A DNA stretch of 64,000 nucleotides from Mayamaea pseudoterrestris (lineage: Eukaryota), in contig BROI01000001.1 of the NCBI GenBank assembly GCA_027923505.1, positions 1,116,001-1,180,000 on the forward strand. Direction: 5' to 3'. Made by a program: the position numbers and the translations under genes. Below the pieces are notes generated by a model. That model was given only the letters and a program-made list of their open reading frames with translations. It did no database searches and had not been told where the DNA came from. Position 1 is the stretch's first letter. Each line of letters starts with the position of its first letter. Below, piece after piece: positions 44,945 to 54,961 of this stretch.

Positions 44945-46510
44945 TCAAGGAAGCAACACGTGATCTACTTCATGAATCACTCCGCCGCAATTCGCAATAT
45001 CGGCCTTGACAATTTTTGGCATGGCATGTCGGGAGTTGCCCCGTCCCTTCTGATAAATAGCATCATCGCGACAGACGGTGCGCGTGTAATGATCGTTCGC
45101 CATCTGAAGCAAATGAGTGCAGTGCAGAACAGACGAATACAGCGTCTCGTCCATTACAACATGGTAGAGCAAAAGATCTTTCAAGTCGTCCACGTCTTCC
45201 AGCAAATCCTCCAGTGTCCCGTGCGGCAACGACGCAAATGCCTCGTCGTTCGGAGCGAATATTGTAAAGTTGCCAGAGTCACTCGGTGCAGATTCGCCGA
45301 GACCAGATGCTTTAACGACACGGCACAAGGTTTTATACCCAGCCGATCCGCATGCAAGGTCTTGTACTGTAGAACAATTGCCAGTTTCGTTGCGGCCTGA
45401 AATGGGGCTGATCGAGGGTAACGATGTAATAGTAGGACTCGTCGTGCTAGCTCCGTACGACGGTGCTCCCGACGGTATTTCTGAAGCCATTGATCCGCCG
45501 CCGCTTGGCGCATATGATTCCGTCGAAGGAGTCGGTGTTCGGATGCCGATTACTGGTCGAGCTGTGCGACCCGACACTGGTTGAGTGGAAGGCGTAATTG
45601 ATGCTGCGCGTCCCGAAGGCTGAATTGAAGAAGGCGCCACGGATCCTTTGGCTGGGCGACGTGGAGTCCTCGTTTGCTTGCTGGAAGGTTCTATCGACGG
45701 CACCAAGGATGGCTGCATGATAGACGGGGCCACTGACTCCTGACTTGGGCGAGGCCTCGCCGTCCGTCCCGGGACGGGTGGCGACGTTGCAATTGATGGA
45801 GCTCCCGTCGTTATCTGGCTCGACGGAACGAGCGACGGCACTTGTGAACCAATCATTGACGGAATGTCGCTGGCGGCCGCTGTTGGCGCTTGAGTTGTTT
45901 CGTTCGTCGGCACCAGACTGGGAATCAAAACGTGATCAATTCCATGAACTACACCATTGCAAAACTCCACATCCTTAATATCAATCTCCGGCATCATGTT
46001 GCGCGAGTTCTCCGCTCCGACAATGTAAATGTCGTCGTCTCTGCAAACTGTTTGCGTCGTTTGTCCGTTGCCCATGGTGTTTGACTGGCCGCACTGCAAA
46101 TCGCTCGCGTACACTGTCTGATTTGGAATCGTATGATACAGTAAGAGACTTTTGATTGCATCAAGGTCATCCCAGTACTGCAACAAGAGTTCTTGCGGGA
46201 CGTCCTCAAACGCTTCGTTGGTGGGCGCAAAGATTGTCCAGTTTCCTTGATCCAGAACACTTCCCATACCAGAAATGGCGACCGCCGCGCAGACTGCCTC
46301 CAAGTCTTTCGTGTTACAGACGGCTTGCTCAAATGACGAACAGTTTTGCTGCTGCCGTGAAATGTTTCCACCGCTTCGCTCCTCCGTTCGACCGCCACTA
46401 GTCTCGGATCGGTTCTTGGAAGCATGCTGCGTGCCGTCCGACGGCAAGGTAAAGGCTGCAGCGTGAACCGCTGACGCAAGGGCAAGTATGCATACAATGA
46501 AGAGTTTCAT
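44945..46510 (-). CDS. Secreted fasciclin protein: two FAS1 domains joined by a Pro/Ser/Thr-rich linker
   Basis: Signal peptide; TIFAPTNEAF..LLLYH..NGVVHGIDHVLIP and TIFAPNDEAF..LLLYHVV..GVIHEVDHVLLP. Confidence 0.93.
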   Translation of the reverse strand: MKLFIVCILALASAVHAAAFTLPSDGTQHASKNRSETSGGRTEERSGGNISRQQQNCSSFEQAVCNTKDLEAVCAAVAISGMGSVLDQGNWTIFAPTNEAFEDVPQELLLQYWDDLDAIKSLLLYHTIPNQTVYASDLQCGQSNTMGNGQTTQTVCRDDDIYIVGAENSRNMMPEIDIKDVEFCNGVVHGIDHVLIPSLVPTNETTQAPTAAASDIPSMIGSQVPSLVPSSQITTGAPSIATSPPVPGRTARPRPSQESVAPSIMQPSLVPSIEPSSKQTRTPRRPAKGSVAPSSIQPSGRAASITPSTQPVSGRTARPVIGIRTPTPSTESYAPSGGGSMASEIPSGAPSYGASTTSPTITSLPSISPISGRNETGNCSTVQDLACGSAGYKTLCRVVKASGLGESAPSDSGNFTIFAPNDEAFASLPHGTLEDLLEDVDDLKDLLLYHVVMDETLYSSVLHCTHLLQMANDHYTRTVCRDDAIYQKGRGNSRHAMPKIVKADIANCGGVIHEVDHVLLP

Positions 46511-46784
46511 TTTCTTGAGCAAGTGTTGTTGTTGCGTTGTGTTTGTGAATTAAAAATCCCGAGACGAAAGGCAGGTGAACGACTTGAGAATGGGGCGAAA
46601 GTCCACCAGATATCCATTGTTCGCTGCAAGTAGCTTCCGGAAAATCGCGTGTCGTTCGTTAAGCAAGCCCGTATCTTCGCAGGTCTGAGACGTAGATGCC
46701 GACAAGACAATATGACCTGTTTTATGATAAAAGAGTTCTATATAAAAGCAATAGAACATTGATTTTCGGGGCGGCTCTTGTCTT

Positions 46785-47285
46785 TTACTGCTTGTGGTAA
46801 CACTGTCCAGTCCCCATGCGCATGACGGCCATCGGTCCAAGCATGGAAGCTGGCAGAAAGGATCCTCCATTTTCGCAGACGCATTTCCATTTAGAAGGAT
46901 TGCTTACTGCAGCTTGGTTTGATACCGAATGTGATGCAGCTGTCAACGTCTGATCCAACGTGGTCGTTGGTGATGCAGTTGCAGTGGATGGTGCCTCGGT
47001 TTCAAAGTGAGGCATCTTGACAACACCTTGCTCCTGATGAAACTGATCCGAATAATCGCGGAGCAAGGAAACGTTCGATGGTTGCTGCGGATGCTCTGTT
47101 TTCGGTTCTTCGCCAGAAGGTGAAGGTTTCTCATTGATTGCTGTTGTGCTCGTACTTGCTTGACGAAGAAAAATGCCCGACACGAAGGATGGGAAATGAC
47201 TCATCCAAGGAACAATCAGCAGCGAAATTAGGGTCAGCAGCAGCGCAAAACCAGTTGAAATTTGTCGTTCGTCAGGATCGTCCAT
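46785..47285 (-). CDS. Small single-TM hypothetical protein with Cys-containing C-terminus
   Basis: ATG 47285, TM FALLLTLISLLIVPW, C-terminal WKCVCENG..FLPASMLG..MGTGQCYHKQ. Confidence 0.7.
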   Translation of the reverse strand: MDDPDERQISTGFALLLTLISLLIVPWMSHFPSFVSGIFLRQASTSTTAINEKPSPSGEEPKTEHPQQPSNVSLLRDYSDQFHQEQGVVKMPHFETEAPSTATASPTTTLDQTLTAASHSVSNQAAVSNPSKWKCVCENGGSFLPASMLGPMAVMRMGTGQCYHKQ

Positions 47286-47630
47286 ATTGTTTGCTGATTT
47301 ACCAAGCGCAGGCGATGATGGAACGCAAGGTCCATGGTGGCGCGGCGCGAATGAGCTTGTTCGTGTCGCATCGTCGCTCGTGTCGCAGCGTGGACTCCTT
47401 GGCGTTTTAAGCTCGGTCTGACTCACCAAAGTCGTACTAATTTTTTTCGCGCGGAACACGTTTTGTGTTCTCCGGCACGCTAGAGAGTCGAGAACTTCGA
47501 CGAATCCTTTCTTTTTTGGATTCGGTCACCATCGGCATGTTACAAGAGTCGAGCTGAATAGTTCATTTGCACTGACCTGCTCTACTACTGTTCATCAAGA
47601 AGTTAACAATTTACACTCTACAAAACAGAT

Positions 47631-48719
47631 ATGACGAATGCAAACTTTGGCGACTCGGAAAAACCTCTGCAGGTGCTTTCCCGCAAACAGACAATCGTTC
47701 ATCAATTCCATCAACCGCAACAAGAATTACTGAATCACCTTCGAAAGCACACTATAAGAGACAGTCTTGCCAGTCGCATTATCGGAGACGTTGTCATTGC
47801 TCTTGGTGTCACTGCATGTGTGTCTCCCATGTTGACGGTTGTGGACAAGGCGGTTGTGCAGACAGCATCGCCGTCATCGTCGCACACATCCGTCGCCTCG
47901 TCGGCATTTGCGACTACGTCAAACATGCTGCATCGTCCGTTGGCTTTTCTCAAAAGTCCAACGTTTCTCTGGATGTGGATGACCTATGCTGTCACTTACT
48001 CGGCGGCAAATGTTTTGCAAACATTGATGGAACATCGAACTGATACTGCGCCTTCCAACGACACGAAACTTCCAAAGGTCTTGTCCAGTCGAGTCGGCCG
48101 TACACATGCCACGAAACAAGGCGAACGCTCAACATCACCGCCGGCATCTCCTTATATCCTTTTCATTGGGACAACGCTCGTAAATAGCGCAGCATCTTTG
48201 GTCAAGGATCGAGCCTACGCTAAACTATTTGGCCAGTCGTCCGCAAAAGGCGTTCCGAGAATTACCTATGCACTCTGGATGGTGCGTGATTTCACAGTGA
48301 TTGGGTCTTCTTTTGTCTTGCCCAAGTATACGACTCCAATGCTGGCTGATCACTTTGGCTGGACCCATCATCGGGCTGGAACAATTGCACAAGTCGGAGT
48401 CCCCGTTCTCATGCAAGTCGTCGCGAGTCCACTTCATCTCATTGGACTTGATTGTTACAATCGCCGCATGGCGGGAGTTCCTTGGTCGCAACGCGTGGTT
48501 GAGCGAAGCAAATTCTTGGCGAGAGACTTACGCCAAGTCGTTGTCGCCCGGATGCTTCGAGTTTTGCCTGGGTATGGGATTGCTGGCGTTTACAATACGA
48601 AATTTCGAAATCAGTGGAAGTACTTTCTAGCTGAACAAAAGCAGCATCAGATAAGAAGAACGAGTGATTTTGGTTACAGGCCGAGATTTAGCGAATTGTT
48701 GGCGCGGATTCGAAGTTAA
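47631..48719 (+). CDS. Conserved multi-pass membrane protein, probably mitochondrial (uncharacterised fungal/protist family)
   Basis: SPMLTVVDKAVV, TYSAAN, KDRAYAKLFG, RDFTVIGSSFVLP, PLHLIGLDCYNR, RMLRVLPGYGIAGVYN. Confidence 0.7.
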   Translation: MTNANFGDSEKPLQVLSRKQTIVHQFHQPQQELLNHLRKHTIRDSLASRIIGDVVIALGVTACVSPMLTVVDKAVVQTASPSSSHTSVASSAFATTSNMLHRPLAFLKSPTFLWMWMTYAVTYSAANVLQTLMEHRTDTAPSNDTKLPKVLSSRVGRTHATKQGERSTSPPASPYILFIGTTLVNSAASLVKDRAYAKLFGQSSAKGVPRITYALWMVRDFTVIGSSFVLPKYTTPMLADHFGWTHHRAGTIAQVGVPVLMQVVASPLHLIGLDCYNRRMAGVPWSQRVVERSKFLARDLRQVVVARMLRVLPGYGIAGVYNTKFRNQWKYFLAEQKQHQIRRTSDFGYRPRFSELLARIRS

Positions 48720-48885
48720 TGGTTTGAACAAAATGACCGCTTGTTGACTCGCAGCATGTTTTAGACGAATTGTACATACAGTGTAACATTTGCTTATAGA
48801 TTAAGGCAGGTGCAAATAAGCGAAAACCTTTGATCGCTTCATCGTATTTAAATTCCCGACTCTGGCCCCACTGCGCACCATGGAT

Positions 48886-51800
48886 CTAATTTTCGTCACC
48901 TTCCATAGAACGCATCGTATTTGAAGTTGAAAACACCCTTATGTAGTCCTTGGGTTCAAGAGGAACGTCAGTTGGGGGTCGACATGCCGACGCAACACCG
49001 GTGAAACGTGCGAGTCGCTCGTACGCCAACAAGGCCAAACTAAATTGCGGTGCAACGCGCAGCATTCGGGGTAAAGCTCCTTGAAAGAATGCTTTCGTTC
49101 CCTCCAACTCATAGATTTTTCTGGCGCAGTCCCTAATACCAGCATAGCCAAGCTCGCCAGCACCAGGAATTGCTTGCAATCGTACCCGTATTACGTCGAA
49201 CGGTGTCGTCAAGATGGCCGACGGAACTGCCGCCAGAGTTCCAGCAATCAATACGTCGGATAGAGTGATTTGGCCGTCCGGTCGAATGTCCGCTAAATAT
49301 CGCTTACTCGCAGCGTAACCAGGAAAGTAAATAGCGCTAAAGGTAATGTCGCGCAACAGACATGCTGTCGCTCCATGAACAAGTATCTGCGGAAAGCCAA
49401 GTTCCCGGACAACGCCGGTCAATGTCAGCAATCGCGGTGGCTCGATGGTGCGAGCTTTGTATAGCTGTAACATTTCGTCATGAAGTATCAGGCGAGTCTT
49501 GCTCAGCTCCATGGGATTTGAAACCAAAAGCTGGCAAGCGCCTGCGCAGGCGCCCGCTAAAGCCTCCACAAACACGTTGCTCTCGCGGCTGCTCAAAGAT
49601 GGATCATTCTTATTGTCAGAGGACCTGAAAGTGTTCATTATCAAATCGTTAACATGAAGTTTGATAGCCTTTTCGGGTGCACTTAAAAGCAATTGTGGCA
49701 GCAATCCACGGTATAGACCAGCAAAACCATTAAATCGAAAAATTTGACGGTAGCAGTCAAGCGAATTGGCGTATAAACGACGTTCGACTATTCGCTGATT
49801 CATTAAACGCGTCTTTATCACGTCAAAAGGATAGCAAACCACAACGGCAAAAATGGTAGCGAAAGTACTGAGACTGACTTGGGCCACTGAATCGCCACAC
49901 ATCAAGCCGACTGAATCACTCTCGTTGTTTTCCAAAGCATCGCGCCGCGCCTTTGCAGGGGGTATCAGAGTGAGTGCATCACCACGATCGGCGTCTGGAG
50001 CCAGTCGTTGCACAAAATCAATGCCGCATACTCTGACCGTATCGTCGTGGTCTACAAAGCCGTCGCAATCCACATCGAACAAAGAGAACACAATTTCCAC
50101 CTGTCGACGACTCAGCCGGTTGCCAAAACCGATAGCCTTGTTTGCCACTTTGAAGTCATCGGCTGACACTGGACCACCCTTGATCGCCTGTGCTTTGTTG
50201 ATCAAGTTGCAAATACCCGGCAACACGGCAATTACCTCTTGGAAGGCCACAAAGTCGGCGTAATCCAAAAAGTGCATGCTCTCGAGCGATGATCTTGTCG
50301 TCTGTGCCGGACTTTGTTCTGTCGGCACTGGCTGCGTTGCAGATTTGCTCGATTGCTTCTCCAGCGTCGAAGAGTGGGCCGTCTGCTCAGTCGTTGTTGG
50401 AATACTACGTAGTGTTTCACGCCAGGAAAGGCTTTCTAATCGATCAATTACACCACGAGGCAATCTCCCTCCGGAGCTCGCAGTAAGGACTCGGACAAAG
50501 TCTTCTGGAGGCAAGCATCCGTAATTTCGTCGGTCGCTTCCAGACTGCTCATCCACGGTTTGCCAAAACGATTGCTGACCAAGTTCTCGTTGCAACTCAA
50601 CTAAAAATTGCGGAAATGTGGATTGGCGGATACACTTTGATGCGTCTTTACCAAAATAGTTTTGGAAAAATTCGGATCGATAATTCACACTCGGAAAGTA
50701 AGGATGAAGACACCGGTGAACGTCTTTCATAAAGACTCTCCCAGATTGTTGCTCATCGAATAGTAAGAATGCAAGGTCCACTTCCGGATCCGGCCGAGCC
50801 ATGAGCAAATGTAGGAAGCAAAAGTCGGCGAGGTAAACGTTTTGACTGTCATCGTTGCTCCTGTCTCCTCGCCGGCGATTAAGCACTCGATATAGATTGA
50901 CGAGGCTCACGTCGACCAAAGGATCCGACGTTGGAATATTATTGCTCCGATACAACTCCTGCCAAGCTTGAACAAACTCCTCTAGAGTCAGGTAGAAAGT
51001 GCCTCGTGCATCTTTCTTGGTTGCATATTGCAGAAACAGGTTATTCATTCGACAAGACGGCAAGACATGGTTTCGAAAGGCCGAGTAATCAACCACCCAG
51101 CACTGCAACGACCGATTATCATGATCAGCTGCACCGGCCACAACTGATGCAGAATGTTGTCTTCCAAACAGAAAACCCCCTTCTCCAAATATAGCGCCAG
51201 GTCCGAGAGACGCGGGACGAATGGTGCGATCGCGAAGTGAATGATTTGCCGAAAAACGCCCTGGCACTTGCTGTACAACGTGGGCACGACCTTGTCGAAC
51301 AATGTAGAGTGCTCTCGGCGCGTCAGACTGGGGAGGTGGTGGTAGTATTGAATCGTTGTTTTCGTACTCATGCTGCGTCGCTGTTGTAGATTGCTGCATG
51401 GCTTTCGTAGACTGCTGCACCGTTGCGAGATTTGACGACGAGGTGTACGTCCGCGACAATGGCTGGGTACTAGCAATATCCTCTTTCGCCTCCTCCGCCT
51501 CCTCCCTCGTCTTTTCCAACTCCTCCAATAGCAAGACTGCTTCCGTAACTGACTCTGCATATTCAAAGGGCTCTTGTGTACCACTTTGTACAGTGGTTCC
51601 ATCACTTTCGTCGTCGGCTGCGGCATCATCAACTGTCGTTCGCCGTCGTGTGACATCTTCCGCATCGACAGAAGCTACTGCAGGACGATTGACGGTAGCT
51701 GCGACTTTATTATTCTCGAGCCTTTGACTGTCGTGTCCATTTTCTCCTTCTGCATCAACATCATCCATCCAATCTGCAGCGTCCACCGTTTCCTCTAGAT

Positions 51801-52122
51801 CAGCTGGTCCATGCGAAGCACTAGTCTGACGTTGCAAATGTACCTCTGGTGGCCGGACGTCGACATCATTCTCATCGTCTGCATATACATCGACGCAGCC
51901 TTCTAGAATGATAATGTCATTTGGCTGATACTCGGACAAGTAGGCGGCTGCAACGAGTCGTTCCACTTGCTCATCGTCGAGACACGAAAAGAAGGAATTC
52001 TTGCGAAGCGCCAGTCGAATGAGCCGCTCATCGTCGGAGCTTTTATAGGAGGACACTGGTGGAACTGGAGCTGCAAAGGTTGACGACGACGATGATGAAG
52101 AGGACGCAAAGTTTGTAGTCAT
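48886..52122 (-). CDS. Aralar/citrin-like (SLC25A12/13) mitochondrial carrier with EF-hands and an extra N-terminal cNMP-binding-like domain
   Basis: Carrier motifs PFDVIKTRL, PMELSKTRL, PFDVIRVRL; aspartate/glutamate-carrier-like PEKAIKL, RDITFSAIYFP, PQF; EF-hands FDEQQSGRV and FDVDCDGFVDHDD; cNMP-like LYIVRQG..GPGAIFGEGG. Confidence 0.9.
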   Translation of the reverse strand: MTTNFASSSSSSSSTFAAPVPPVSSYKSSDDERLIRLALRKNSFFSCLDDEQVERLVAAAYLSEYQPNDIIILEGCVDVYADDENDVDVRPPEVHLQRQTSASHGPADLEETVDAADWMDDVDAEGENGHDSQRLENNKVAATVNRPAVASVDAEDVTRRRTTVDDAAADDESDGTTVQSGTQEPFEYAESVTEAVLLLEELEKTREEAEEAKEDIASTQPLSRTYTSSSNLATVQQSTKAMQQSTTATQHEYENNDSILPPPPQSDAPRALYIVRQGRAHVVQQVPGRFSANHSLRDRTIRPASLGPGAIFGEGGFLFGRQHSASVVAGAADHDNRSLQCWVVDYSAFRNHVLPSCRMNNLFLQYATKKDARGTFYLTLEEFVQAWQELYRSNNIPTSDPLVDVSLVNLYRVLNRRRGDRSNDDSQNVYLADFCFLHLLMARPDPEVDLAFLLFDEQQSGRVFMKDVHRCLHPYFPSVNYRSEFFQNYFGKDASKCIRQSTFPQFLVELQRELGQQSFWQTVDEQSGSDRRNYGCLPPEDFVRVLTASSGGRLPRGVIDRLESLSWRETLRSIPTTTEQTAHSSTLEKQSSKSATQPVPTEQSPAQTTRSSLESMHFLDYADFVAFQEVIAVLPGICNLINKAQAIKGGPVSADDFKVANKAIGFGNRLSRRQVEIVFSLFDVDCDGFVDHDDTVRVCGIDFVQRLAPDADRGDALTLIPPAKARRDALENNESDSVGLMCGDSVAQVSLSTFATIFAVVVCYPFDVIKTRLMNQRIVERRLYANSLDCYRQIFRFNGFAGLYRGLLPQLLLSAPEKAIKLHVNDLIMNTFRSSDNKNDPSLSSRESNVFVEALAGACAGACQLLVSNPMELSKTRLILHDEMLQLYKARTIEPPRLLTLTGVVRELGFPQILVHGATACLLRDITFSAIYFPGYAASKRYLADIRPDGQITLSDVLIAGTLAAVPSAILTTPFDVIRVRLQAIPGAGELGYAGIRDCARKIYELEGTKAFFQGALPRMLRVAPQFSLALLAYERLARFTGVASACRPPTDVPLEPKDYIRVFSTSNTMRSMEGDEN

Positions 52123-52365
52123 GCTGCTTGTGACGACTTTCGACAATGTTCGATCCAAGCGTCGTCGGCAGCGAACCTTTAGCTACGGTACGGTACCGTA
52201 TCCAGATGCAAAAGACAGATAGTTTAGGTCTTCGATGCCTGACCTTGCGAACTGTACGAGTCGCTCTACTAATTCCTATAGTTGAAAACTTCAATCTTAT
52301 ACCTGTTATACTCATCTGGTTCATCGCACTAAACATTCATCTATGCCGCTGCCAAGCAAGCTGAC

Positions 52366-53630
52366 TTACTCCGACTTCTCCTTCTTGCACATCTCCTTGA
52401 AATCTTCAATCGCCTGTTTGATGATGGCTGGGATCGCCAAATACGCTTCTTCAATCGCCTGCTTGATAAAGGCTGGGATCGCCTTATTCGCTTCTTCAAT
52501 CGCCTGCTTGATGATGGTTGGGATCGCCTTATTCGCTTCTTCAATCGCCTTCTTGATGATGTCTGGGGTCTGTTTGGCATCCGCTTCGACAATAACTTTG
52601 ATTTCGGCGAGCGTCTTCTTGTTGTCTTCGGCAGCAGCTTTGATGGCGACGAGCGTCTCCGTGTTGGCGGCGAGCGTCGCCTTGTTGGCTTCGGCGAGAA
52701 TCTTGCTTCCATTGACCGTCTCCGTGATGGCGGCGAGCGTCGCCTTGTTGGCTTCGGCGAGAACCTTGCTTCCATTGACCGTCTCCGTGATGGCGGCGAG
52801 CGTCGCCTTGTTGGCTTCGGCGAGAACCTTGACTCCCGTGATTGACACTTTGTTGTCCACAACGGTGTTCAGGACCAAGTTGACGCGGCCGTCATTGAAA
52901 GACTTGTCTTCACTCAATTTCTGCATCAGTGCAGTATGGTGGGCAGTCGCTTCCGTCGTGAGCGCATCCTTGTTGGCAGTCGCTTCCGTCGTGAGCGCAT
53001 TCTTGTTGGCAGTCGCTTCCGCCAAGATCGCTTCCTTGTTGGCAGTCGCTTCCGCCAAGATCGCTTCCTTGTTGGCAGTCGCTTCCGTCGTGAGCTCACC
53101 CTTTTTGATGGCCACATCCGCCATGACCGCATCCTTGTTGGCAGTCGCTTCCTTCGTGAGCGCCTTTGAATGCTTGTCAAACACGGCTTTGACCGCTTTG
53201 TTGATGTCGTCGCCTGTCATCTTTGCATCTTTGACGGCTTTCAAGACAAGGGCACGAAGTCGCTCCTCCGAATCTGCAGAAACATGATGCAATGAAAGCG
53301 AGCGGTGAGACGTGAGACTTGTCATGATCATTGAGTCATGCCGGCATGGCTACTTTGACTCACCTTCCTCGGCATTGGCAGCCGCTAACAAATTGGAAAA
53401 AGAATAGCAATCATGAGACAAAGTGCTTGGTTTCTCAAACGACCCTGCACCATCACTGTACGAGTATTCTTACCGGTACGCAACTTCTTGTCCTTGGGCT
53501 GCGAACCCTGCGCAGCTGCACGTTTGGCAATGTTTGGACGGGGAGGGCAGGTCGTTGCTGTTTGGTTTGACAGCTCTCCGTCCTTGGCATTGGCTTTCTG
53601 CTGATGGCGCAACTTGGCAGAATCAGCCAT
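52366..53630 (-). CDS. Unknown repeat-rich helical protein; predicted exons 53630-53474, 53384-53364, 53273-52366
   Basis: Phase-1 introns GTAAGA..TAG (89 nt) and GTGAGT..CAG (90 nt) join DKKLRT-A-AANAEE-D-SEERL in frame; 11-, 21- and 15-aa tandem repeats. Confidence 0.7.
52395..53165. repeat. Three coding minisatellite arrays with 45-, 63- and 33-nt units
   Basis: TTCTTCAATCGCC recurs every 45 nt (~52400-52560), GCGAGCGTCGCCTTGTTGGCTTCGGCGAGAA every 63 nt (~52670-52830), TTGTTGGCAGTCGCTTCC every 33 nt (~52940-53155). Confidence 0.93.
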
Positions 53631-54520
53631 GGTGATGAATGAAGGGGTGAATAGGGATCGAAAGTGGAGGACCGTGCCGTTTTGTGGCATCGTTCAGCCA
53701 GAATCGCACCTTCGGGGTTTTGCCGAACGATGACCGTCGGAGTCGTCGGAGAGTTCCAACTTCCGAACTTGAAGGAAAAGTGCCAGCAGTTGACATATTT
53801 TACCGAAGAAAGGGTCATTCTGAATGTTGAGGCTGTAGTTAATCAACGGTTCTATCCGGCCCTTCCGGATCTCAGACTTATCACTGAATCATTCGTCAAG
53901 TAAGCCCCAAGACCATCTGTTTAAGCCTTGCAGCGGTTTAAACCTGGAATCTTGGGATTCTGAATTGGTCGTTCCAGTTTCTTCAAGCCACGCCAGTGGC
54001 GTTCGCAGCGAACAGCTTCTCCAGACATTTTTCGTTTCCGGTTCGGAGTGACGCATATCCCACGGGCTTTCACTAGCAACTCTGAACTACTACCGGTAGT
54101 CGTGGTCATCCCGAACGATGACCTTGACATGATGACCGTTTGGTCGCTGCAGCACACCAACAACGAACCGTATCACGACGTACAGTACTCACTGTCAGTA
54201 GCAGCACTCGGCCAAGTTGCAGAAGCCTGCAACACATAATATGACATGACCATGGCCTTTACGGGTGTGCGATTGTTTCATCATTAGTGCGATACGTATT
54301 GTAAACAAATTTGACAAAGCTACAGGTACTTGTGCACATCAAAGCAAACGCTCGCTGTGCTACCGTACGAAGTACCGGTACGACGTATCGAAAGAGGGCG
54401 CAGCAACGTCATTACCGTACATATGCGATCTTTTCAACACCGTTGCGATATTCTTCCCTCGTCGATTTCGGCGCGCCACCTACGGCGAGTTCAAAGCAGC
54501 ATTGAAGATGACGAGGGAGG

Positions 54521-54789
54521 TGTTGATACTCCACTTCCGGGTTCCTTATCCGGTATCCAAGGAAGCTGCACTGGCTCGGCTTCCACCTAAGTGAAGCCTC
54601 CACCGTTGCCTAGCACATGTGTTTTAGTTATGCCTCAGCGACAGGCGGTTAGATCAGCGAGCCAACCGAGGTTCCCACCGGCCACAAGTAGCGATAGAAC
54701 TCGGCAGGCAGTGCGACAATTGCCGCTCATAATAATTCACGTCAATCGTTTTGATCATTTCTAGTGTCTCTCCCTTAGAGGCATCAACA
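54521..54789 (+). repeat. 5' LTR, 269 bp
   Basis: TG...CA ends with a 7-bp terminal inverted repeat; 54586-54789 is identical to 56413-56616. Confidence 0.95.
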
Positions 54790-54801
54790 GACGTGAATTA
54801 T
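54790..54801 (+). promoter_or_regulatory. Putative self-priming primer-binding site
   Basis: GACGTGAATTAT abuts the LTR end and is the exact reverse complement of ATAATTCACGTC at 54732-54743; no TGG-type tRNA PBS. Confidence 0.75.
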
Positions 54802-54961
54802 ACGATAATATCCGGCAAGTAACATCATTGACTCTTTCGTTTAACAATCTAAAGAGCACTCACGTTACCACCTTCGTCTTTTGCGTCCAGCGACTGAACG
54901 ACTCGAGCAACCCAGCTCTTCCCTCCGAGTGTGATCCTCCGCTCTTCTACCCTTCGTCACC

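Noticed and set aside
47631..52122. Functional cluster of two mitochondrial membrane-protein genes
   Set aside because: Convergent orientation and no shared sequence; adjacency in a gene-dense genome is weak evidence.
52395..53165. Repeat arrays as a CRISPR
   Set aside because: Contiguous coding units in multiples of 3, no unique spacers, no cas genes, eukaryotic context.
52341..53287. Hydrophobic plus-strand 314-aa ORF and Arg/Ser-rich alternative-frame ORFs over the repeat gene
   Set aside because: Stop-free repeat units keep several frames open. Splice sites support the minus-strand reading, although transcript data are needed to exclude the others.
54511..54520. Purine run ACGAGGGAGG before the first LTR as a polypurine tract
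   Set aside because: Its last 5 nt recur after the 3' LTR, so it is better explained as the target-site duplication.
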